A DNA stretch of 41,982 bases from Octopus sinensis. Taxonomy: Eukaryota. The position numbers were made by a program, and so were the translations under genes. Positions 32,587-41,982 of the stretch are shown in pieces (positions within the stretch are counted from its first letter, which is position 1; the number at the start of each line of letters is the position of its first letter). The DNA lies in assembly GCF_006345805.1 (NCBI RefSeq), contig NW_021835178.1, forward strand, positions 1 through 41,982. The letters run 5' to 3'. The notes under the pieces were generated by a model. The model was not told the DNA's origin and did not search any database. It saw nothing but the letters and a program-made list of their open reading frames with translations.

Positions 32587-32779
32587 GACTCGTGTGTACC
32601 GTTGGCGATTTTTTCCCTCTGTCTTCCTTTCTCTGGATCTTTCCTTCTCCTATGTTTCCGACGAAGAGCTCCGCTCGAAACGTTAAACCCTCCCTTCCGT
32701 CTTTCCTGAGCGTCCAATAATACTATATTTGTTCCACGTCCTCGCGTTGTAGTGTTTTTTTGTGCTTTCTTGTTTGGAT

Positions 32780-32783
<4 letters not shown>
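32587..32783 (+). mobile_element. Family H3 element, second copy, between (GT)n and (AT)n tracts
   Basis: High similarity to 3214-3400 in the opposite orientation. Confidence 0.8.
32654..32688 (+). ncRNA. Minimal type I hammerhead ribozyme motif
   Basis: GUUU-CCGACGA-A-[GAGC UCC GCUC]-GAAA-CG-UU-AAAC, with palindromic AACGUU at the stem III position. Confidence 0.7.
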
Positions 32784-32817
<34 letters not shown>

Positions 32818-33371
32818 CAGTACATACACACACACATTGTGACTGACCAAGGATGTTCGTTGAAAAAGCGCAGGCAACGCTGATTCTTCCACGACAGTTC
32901 TACAGGAGAGACATTTTATACAATTTCTCCTTGATTCTTAATTTGGTAGAATCCTAATGAAATTCTCTGACATCACTTCTGAAGCAGATTTCAATTTTTA
33001 ATACCAAACAAAGACAATGCAAGCGCGAGGAATCAACAGCTGCGACGAAACAATTTTTTGAAAACAAAAAAAAAAGAAGAAAAACAATTGCAAGAAATAA
33101 ATAAAAACACGAAATACAGGGGAATGGTTCGCAAAATTATCGAATGAAATTTTTTTTAATTATCTTTTATTATTTGTTGTTGACATTGTGCTTGTTCTTG
33201 TTGTGGTCTTCTTCTTCCTCTCCTCCTCCTCCTCCTCCTCCTCCCCGTCGTCCTTGTTGCTATTATTGTTGTGACTTGCGTTTATTGTTATTCAGTTTTT
33301 TATGTTAACACGTGAAATAATGCACATGCACACACACGCATACACACACACACTCACACACATATATATAT

Positions 33372-33426
<55 letters not shown>

Positions 33427-33469
33427 CATATATACACACATACACATGTATATGTAATGTGTGTGTGTA

Positions 33470-33548
<79 letters not shown>

Positions 33549-33599
33549 TATATATGTGTGTGTGTGTGTGTTGTTAATATATACCAAATTCTTCCTCAG

Positions 33600-35010
33600 T
33601 CAGACCCAACTGAAGGCTTTCTTCCTGAACCTCAAGTTTGAAACCTCGGAAGGCGGGAAATTTTACCTAAAAAAATGTGGCTTCTGTTGGACAATTGGTC
33701 GTCCTCTCTGTTAATGGCAACACGACCGCACGAACTCATCTGTTCTAATTCGCTTCCCTCTTCATCATTACTACCACGAATGCTGTGTACTTCCTCTAAC
33801 TTCTTTGCCACCAAAGTTCTCTCCGGGTACCCCGATAAATTGGTATCATTCCGCATTTCCGCCACAGAAACGCATAGTAAACGCGTCAACATTGTCTCAA
33901 ACCACTTTATGTTGTTCTCTATATCCCTAAGATATTTTCAACTTCTACTCCCTATGAACGTTAAATCATCCTACACGAACATTTCTTCAAGCGTCTCTAT
34001 ACATCCTTAAACACACTCTAGACTACCAACCCTATTCATACCCAAGTCTACCACCCTACTCCATCTTAATCAGTTCACCCTCAATCTAAATTGCTTCTCG
34101 TTTTCCATTGAACTTTACTAATAATTTTGTGAGGTTGCTATGGGTACCAAAGTGGCTACAACTTATACAAACCTTTTGTTCATAATATGCAAGCGCATAT
34201 TTTATCTAGTTCACTGGTTGTATGCCTGAATTGTACTGTCGCTAACTTGATTGCTTCTGCACGCGTCAGACAATAGCTTTATCTCTATATTAATTTGACT
34301 ATGCCCTAGAACTCACTTCTGCCGTGTGTGATACATCTGTCACCTCCCTAGATATCTCTGTCACTACAGACAACCTCCACCTTAGTCCACTACAAATCAA
34401 CTAACTCAAACCCCCATCTCTAAAATTTCTCTCAAAACCATTCTCCTACTCTCTCAATTCCTTCAACTTTGTCGGTTAAGCAGCACTGATTCGGATCGAT
34501 TCCTCCCAAATATGAAGAAATGTGGCACCTTCTCAATCAAGGATAAACTCGATTGGTTGCGTTACCGCCCTTCACGGAGACCCATAACATTAACCACACC
34601 GCGATTCTACACGTGCCCGACAGACCAGGACTCATTCCTCTTCCACTTCTAAACAACCTTCTACCCTCACCTATTGGTGTAAAATCCTGCTGTTCAAAGC
34701 TTCTTGCGGCGGTTCACAAAACAGCAGCAGCACAAAGGCATCCCTTAAAGTAACCAGTCGATCTCTTTCTAAACGCACCGTTTTCTTTATTGTTCTCATG
34801 ATTTCGTTTTCTTTTTTTCCGTCGATCAATTTTCTCCTTTCCGCCACTTCACTACGAACCCTCGCCTTTTCCCGTTATTCTCTAATGTTTCTAATCTCTC
34901 GTTGAGGGAAGACAAAGAAAATATTTCCCATCTCTTTGAAGAAGTAACTTGTTCGAAACGTTAGGAATAACTCTGCCGCCTACCGGTCTACACACTTGAA
35001 TGAATAACTA
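33600..35010 (+). mobile_element. Decayed Penelope-like retroelement (RT remnant plus 3' region with degenerate hammerhead)
   Basis: Ordered, frameshifted PLE RT motifs: GKFYL (~33655), NVKSSYTNI (33957-33983, cf. DVxSLYTNI), VAMGTKVATTYTNL (34134-34175, cf. GxAMGTKxAPxYANL), VHYKSTNS (~34385), SQFLQLCRLSS (~34452, cf. SQFLRLRRICS). UUGAAGA-A...GAAACGUU at 34936-34962. Microsatellites on both sides. Confidence 0.8.
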
Positions 35011-35194
35011 TAAACCTTACCTATATATATGTATATATGTATATGTGTGTGTGTGTGTGTGTGTATGTATGTGTGTGTGTATGTGCATGTATGCAAATAT
35101 ATGCATCATAGTCATTTATATAATATGAAAAAATAACTCCAAAAAACAATCCGAGGATTAACATGCGGAACCCCCCGATATAAAATCTTCAACT

Positions 35195-35353
35195 ATATAC
35201 ATATATATATATACATACGTACATACATATACATATATATATATACATAGTACATACATATACATATATATATATACATACGTACATACATATACATATA
35301 TATATATACATACGTACATACATATACATATATATATACATACGTACATACAT

Positions 35354-35394
<41 letters not shown>

Positions 35395-35396
35395 CG

Positions 35397-35451
<55 letters not shown>

Positions 35452-35474
35452 ATATATATATATATATATATGTA

Positions 35475-35556
<82 letters not shown>

Positions 35557-35800
35557 GTACATATATATATATGCATATATATATATATGCATACATGTAT
35601 ACACGTATTATATATAAGTATGTTTGTGTATATATATGTATAGATATTATATGTATAAAATGTATGGATATATATGTGAATAAGTATTTTATGGATATAT
35701 ATAAACATCCATACATCCATACATATACATACACACACACGCACAAGCATACACACATACACACGCACATATATATATGTAGGTATGTATGTCTATTATG

Positions 35801-35832
<32 letters not shown>

Positions 35833-35839
35833 ATACATA

Positions 35840-35873
<34 letters not shown>

Positions 35874-35885
35874 TGTATATATATA
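35195..35885. repeat. Compound (AT)n microsatellite with ~30-bp ATACATACGTACATAC units
   Basis: Direct inspection. Comparable AT/AC tracts at about 1335-1642, 19240-19700, 27540-27615, 32485-32582, 33340-33570, 40250-40665 and 41550-41675. Confidence 0.9.
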
Positions 35886-36618
35886 CACAAAAATTAATAA
35901 AACCACCTAGTTGCAATGTTAAACCGTGTACAAACTAGCTGGTTTTATATTCATACATATAATATATACACACACATATATATATATGACATATGTACCT
36001 ATGAGAAATATCGATTGGAGCCGATTGAAACAGCGGCCATCTTGTTCGTGTCTCGGACTTCCTGTTGGGGTCACATGGGACATTTGTCGAAATAAGCCGG
36101 GGCTTGCAGTTGTGTGGCATCGGCTTGGACTGGATACTGATGATAATAAGTCTTACGTTCGCACGCCGCCTGCTGATTGTATCCCGACGTGGGGAGCCGC
36201 ATTCCTGTGGGAACGAAAGAACATTTGAATTAATTACCGTAATGTGTTATTAATTAATATAACAATAACAACAACGACTTATTAAAAGAAATGCTTGGTT
36301 ATTCAAATGTCTAATTTATGTTTATCACGTGACGTAATATTGATGTGGTATCGATAATATTGATTTTATATTGTCATCGCTTTCGGGAACAATAAAACAA
36401 GTGATAGTTGATAAGTGAGATCGATATAATCGATTTCTCGCCACCAATCTGAAAATGCCGGCAATCTGCCAAAATTTGAAACTAATATTAATTTTACATC
36501 TAATGTGGAGCGGCACTGACATGTGGCGCCATCATGAGGTACAGTCGAACACAGCGTCACATTTAAAATGGCTTGAAAATCAGTGGTGATTTGGTGAAAC
36601 GTTAGTTTTGCGTTGGGT

Positions 36619-36654
<36 letters not shown>

Positions 36655-36655
<1 letters not shown>

Positions 36656-36877
36656 TTTATTTAAAGCAGCAGAAAATTCAACAAAACCTGTTACTCTGAG
36701 TTTTCCGTTGCCGTTCATCGGACAGTTTTTGCTAATACATAAACTCAGAGTAGAACGTGAAACTCAGAGTTACAGGTTTTGTTGAATTTTCTGTTGCTTT
36801 AAATAAAGCATATTACTCTACCACTGGTATTTGAGTACTCTTTTTTCCACCTTGTTTCACATTTTTGTTTACTCCGG

Positions 36878-36880
<3 letters not shown>
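36655..36880. mobile_element. Family H1 foldback element, second copy (opposite orientation) in (AT)n
   Basis: Matches 1641-1870. Hammerhead-like motif at 36688-36725 (-) with a changed stem II/GAAA junction; centre rearranged. Confidence 0.8.
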
Positions 36881-36910
<30 letters not shown>

Positions 36911-37019
36911 TATATCTGTAAAAGTAATATGTGGCAATTATTACTTTTAGAGATAAATTCCTCTTTTTACATAATATCGAGGTCGCTTTCATTCTTTTGT
37001 TGTCTTACCATTTTTATCA

Positions 37020-37051
<32 letters not shown>

Positions 37052-37384
37052 GTAAAGAAAAAAAAATTAATAAAAAAACTACTGGAACCAAATATACCAA
37101 AAAAGTGGTAACCCCTAAAATCAAATTCAAACCTAATTTTTCTTTTTTTTACCTCATATGTTAGAACTCATCAAGATGCGTGTCTTGGTGCTAAACTTTC
37201 CAAAAAACCTCATTCACACACGGTAGTGTGTGAATAATAATCTTAAGGTCACCATTTCCTCACTCACGAACACTTCTATGCTTTGTCACAAACTCAGCTT
37301 CTAACCAAATTCGATGATGTTTCCAGTTTTAGAACAAAAGAATATTATTAGGTTTATTGCATTGCCTGGAAAAAAGTGGAATGC

Positions 37385-38468
37385 AATGTAAAATGCGGGC
37401 GCATGCGTGTTAATATTCGTAAGTTGTTACACCTGGAAAAGTACAGAACAATATCTCTCCAAAAGAATTTGTCTAATTCGTCACCTCTAAAGGAAACTAA
37501 AAAATACTTAGAATTAAAATTCTACTGCACTTAAAATATTGCAGCCGAGAATAACATTTTAAAAATTAAAATACATTATATTAGGTAAATTTGAGATAAT
37601 GTAAATTATTTATTATGAGAATCTAAAAAACAAGTAAATCTTTAAAAGCATGGTAGAAAAATAATCAAAAATAAATTTAAACAAAAAAATGTTTTTTAAT
37701 CATTTCTTTTGAAATATACAATTAAAATAGTCATTATTTAGTTGTAACAAGTACAAACAATAGAATATAAATAGAATATTGCACAATATTTTTTTCACAT
37801 TGATAGCAGTGGAAAGGTCATTAAATGGTTTCAAATCAACCATAGGCTCAGTCAATTTTTCTCAGTCAATTTTTCCACATTAAAAAAATATTTAATCTGA
37901 CAAATAAATCGTAAGTAAAATTTATTAATTAGCATTAATCCAGTAGAATTAGTCTAATTCGTCTTTGGCTAATTCGTTACTTCACCTAATAATTCGTCAG
38001 TTTCAATTTTCTCTTGGCGATGACTAATTAGGCGAATTCTACTGTATTTTTTAAAAATTAATTTTATCTCATTTCGTTTTTAAAAAACTGCTTTTCCCAA
38101 AAATAAAGCGATGGGCTTAAATACAGATTTAACTAATTTTGAGTAAATAATTTTTTTTTTCTGAAAACAATAAAAATTACTGGGGCTGTACATGAAAAGA
38201 GTTTCTGAATCTAAGCCCTAAAGCTGAAAATTGGATGGGCTTATTCTTGGGAAAACCCAGTAATGTTTTATAATTTTTGTTTTAATAAAATATCGTAAAT
38301 TTTAAAAATGCAATATTTTAGGCACAGTAGAATTTTAATTTTAAGGACTTTTTAGTTTCCTTTAGAGATGACGAATTAGACAAATTCTATACTGTAGAAA
38401 TGTTGTTCTGTACTTTTCCAGGTCTAATAACTTTGAATATTAACATGCTTGCGCCCGCATTTTTCATT
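37385..38468. mobile_element. Non-autonomous foldback/MITE-like element with ~155-bp inverted arms
   Basis: 37385-37542 pairs with 38309-38468 (AAAATGCGGGCGC.../...GCGCCCGCATTTT). Inner mini-IR CAGTAGAATT...AATTCTACTG at 37941-38044. Confidence 0.75.
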
Positions 38469-38519
38469 ATATATATATATATATACACACACACCACACA
38501 CCACACCACACACACACAG

Positions 38520-38556
<37 letters not shown>

Positions 38557-38561
38557 ATAGA

Positions 38562-38594
<33 letters not shown>

Positions 38595-39582
38595 GTATAT
38601 GTGGGAGTATACGTGTATGGATATGCAACAATGTGTATAACTTCGTAATTGTATATCAATGCTCGTGTGTATGTGTATACACATATATTAATGTATTTAA
38701 ATATCAATACGTACCCGTATAAGTGTGAGAACGTCTGTCGGGTAAATGCGCCTACGTGTATACGGGTGCAAACTTAACCCAGCTTTCTGCGGAGTCTTTC
38801 ATTCCCAATGGCCACCCGGTTCATTTCATATCTACTCAAACTGACTCCACCCGAGGTGTCCCGGCTGGTCCACTTTATGAGCTGACATCTAATCAGTTAC
38901 ACACACATACATACATACACGTCCACACATATCTATATGTGACGTGTATATATATATATGGATGTATGCATATATGCATACATATATACATGTATATGTA
39001 TGTGTATAGATATATATGTGTGTGTATGCATGCATGTGTGTGTATATATACATACATACATACACTCAAACAGCAGCGAATGGTGTCGAGTGAAATCGTA
39101 ATTACCCAGAAGCACACGTATCCTTCCGTACCTCCTCCACATCACCCCACCACCGTCGCTACACTCACCCATCCACCTACCCGTACTGCTACTGCTGTGA
39201 TGCCCGCTACCCCACCGCCTCTACCTGCCACCCGTCTTCGTACATTTGCCTCGCTGATTACTTGTCAACAAGTTAGAAAGGCTTGATGAATTCGGGGTGG
39301 ATCGAGATGTTGTTGTTTTTTTTATGTGTATTCCGGGTGGATAACGCACCCCACACAATCTCCCTTTCCCACCCAGAAACAGGTGAAGATTGTTGTTGTT
39401 GTGATTAATGGTTGACGAACTCGGAGTTTAAAGTTCGATTGGTTTGAGTATGTATGTGCATGTGTGTATGTATATGTGTAAGTGTATGTGTGTGTGTGTG
39501 TGTGTATGTATATGTGTAAGTGTATGTGTGTGTGTGTGTGTATGCATGTTATGCATGTTATGTATATATATATATATATATA

Positions 39583-39985
39583 GGCGGAGGAGTGGCTGTG
39601 TGGTAAGTAGCTTGTTTACCAGCCACATGGTTCCGGGTTCAGTCCCACTGCGTGGCACCTTGGGTAAGTGTCTTCTGCTATAGCCTCAGGCCAACCAAAG
39701 CCTTGTGAGCGGATTTGGTAGATGGAAACTGAAAGAAGCCTGTCGTATATATGTATATATATGTGTGTGTGTGTTTGTGTGTCTGTGTTTGCCCCCCTAG
39801 CATTGCTTGACAACCGATGCTGGTGTGTTTATGTCCCCGTCACTTAGCGGTTCGGCAAAAGGGACCGATAGAATAAGTACTGGGCTTACAATGAATAAGT
39901 CCCGGGGTCGAGTTGCACGATTAAAGGCGGTGCTCCAGCATGGCCGCAGTCAAATGACTGAAACAAGTAAAAGAGTAAAAGAGTA
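39583..39985 (+). mobile_element. SINE family A
   Basis: Full head to (AAAAGAGT)n tail. Confidence 0.88.
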
Positions 39986-40248
39986 ATGTATGTGAGTTTA
40001 ATTAGTTCTAAAGGAGACGAGGGCATTTCTGATGGCGGTGATGCTGCAGACATGTTTTTATGTGTCTGTTTCGTTGATGTTGTTGCTGCTGGTGTTGGGG
40101 GAGGGGGGGTAGATGATCGTGGCGGTGGCGACGACGACGATGCTCTTTGTTAATTTTCTTTTTGAATCTGTTCCTCTCAAACATAATTAACTCCACTTAC
40201 TTCCTCACAACATTTCACTGAACAGAACACAAATATGTAAATACTAAC

Positions 40249-40288
<40 letters not shown>

Positions 40289-40521
40289 ACACACATACAC
40301 GCACACACACATATATATGTGTATATATATATATATATATATACTCGTATATATATTATATACGTATATAGATATGTTTGCATATATATACTTATATATA
40401 TTGTATACATATATGCATACGTATCTCTCGCTCTCGCTCTCTTTCTCTCTCTCTCTCCTCTCTATATATATATAATATATATATATATATATACATACAT
40501 ACATACATACGTACATACTAT

Positions 40522-40641
<120 letters not shown>

Positions 40642-41252
40642 TGTGTGTGTGTGTATATGTATATATACAGAGTGATTGAAAAGTAACTCCCGATTTTAAA
40701 ATACTTATAAATTATTTATTAATTGTAATTTTTTCTCACTTTTTTGGGCTTGCTTTTTTTTTTTTGAAGTATAAATAGAACTTCGTACTTAAAAGCTTTC
40801 CTCTCATATCCATTTTTTGCTAAAAATTACAATTAATAAAACCCGTGTGGGATATATATGGAAAGAAGTGTGAGAAAAAGAGAACTGGTAAACCATTTTT
40901 CTTCCTACTAAAACTAAGAGCGGTTAAGAGTTTCAATTAAAAGAGCCAAAGAATTCAATCTGTTTTTCTTTTTTTTAATATATAAATGGTATATAAAGTA
41001 TATAATAGAGTTTGAGGAAGTCCACTTTCTACGGCCGTTTCCAGAGTTCATGTCCTGGTAGAAGAATTAATAGAAATCTTGGAAACCATGAAACCATGTG
41101 GACAATCTCCTCTTCATCAGGAAAGGTTCCTCATCAATTCACATTCTTCACAATTTAAAAAAAAAATATTCATATGTCGATATGTATATATTATATAGTA
41201 TATATGTGTAGTATGTGTATATATATAATATAATACTACATATATATACAAT

Positions 41253-41302
<50 letters not shown>

Positions 41303-41388
41303 TAATAAATATTAGGGAATAATCCAAATTTACAGGGAAAAAATCAGATTAGGATTAATCCAATTTTATAGTAAAAATATTATAAAAT

Positions 41389-41545
41389 ATTATTAGAGAC
41401 AAAACCACTATTTTGCAAACAAACAAGGAAAGACTTAATCAATACATAAAATTTTAATAAAATTTTGACTATTTATTAAATTTTATGTATTGATTAAGTC
41501 TTTCCTTGTTTGTTTTGCAAAATAGTGGTTTTGTCTCTAATAATT
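41389..41545. repeat. Foldback inverted repeat embedded in (AT)n
   Basis: Arms at about 41389-41460 and 41472-41545 are reverse complements (ATTATTAGAGACAAAACCACTATTTTGCAAA.../...TTTGCAAAATAGTGGTTTTGTCTCTAATAAT), with a unique tail on the left as in H1. Confidence 0.8.
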
Positions 41546-41555
41546 TTAATATATA

Positions 41556-41620
<65 letters not shown>

Positions 41621-41982
41621 ATATATATATATATATATGTAGTATATATATATATATATACCACATATATATATACCTAGTAACCTATCTCTCTCTCTCT
41701 CTCTCTCCAGTGCCATCTAATTATATTTTCACTCGACACAATCCGTATACTGACAACAGGTTATTCCAAACTGACACCAAATCTTCTGAATTGGTTGGCA
41801 AAACCAATCCCCACCTTACTCCACCCCCACAACCTTCTTTCCACTCTTTACCCCGACCCCTCCCCCACTCCATAAATCTACCCTCTCACCCTACCCTTTC
41901 CTACTTCCCCCTCCATCACCATCATCATAAATTATTCCCCACCCTACTCACCATACCCTCTCGTAATCCCCCTCAAACGCTA

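Noticed and set aside
35158-35890. Many [12 protein letters not shown] ORFs here and across the window
   Set aside because: Translations of dinucleotide microsatellites that lack stop codons.
36130-36170. CTGATGA matches here and at about 4727, 8743 and 12015
   Set aside because: No properly placed GAAA or stems; the 8743 match is coding sequence.
40665-40710. TACAGAGTG... resembling a Tc1/mariner-type TIR
   Set aside because: No matching second end or transposase remnant found.

Overview
AT-rich, microsatellite-dense eukaryotic DNA, most likely from an octopus or other cephalopod (inferred from the SINE repertoire, not proven). It holds one complete six-exon gene on the + strand (ATG 455 to TAA 15851, 774 aa when spliced) encoding an N4BP1/KHNYN-family endoribonuclease: tandem KH-like domains, a UBA-like domain, an intact NYN/PIN RNase and a C-terminal CoCUN/CUBAN-like domain. 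The rest is mobile DNA: three SINE-type families; a near full-length CR1-clade LINE whose ORF1 combines Myb/SANT-like and CCCH domains; a pogo (Passer-like, DD35D) transposon nested in that LINE; mariner and piggyBac remnants; foldback elements; and a decayed Penelope-like RT. The most striking signal is a set of minimal type I hammerhead ribozyme motifs from at least five sequence-unrelated short elements, mostly lodged in (AT)n tracts. Together they show three different Watson-Crick combinations at the 3:8 core pair (C-G, U-A, G-C). There is also a candidate permuted hammerhead and a nested pair of very long direct repeats. All alignments and folds were done by eye; family names come from motif recognition, not database searches.
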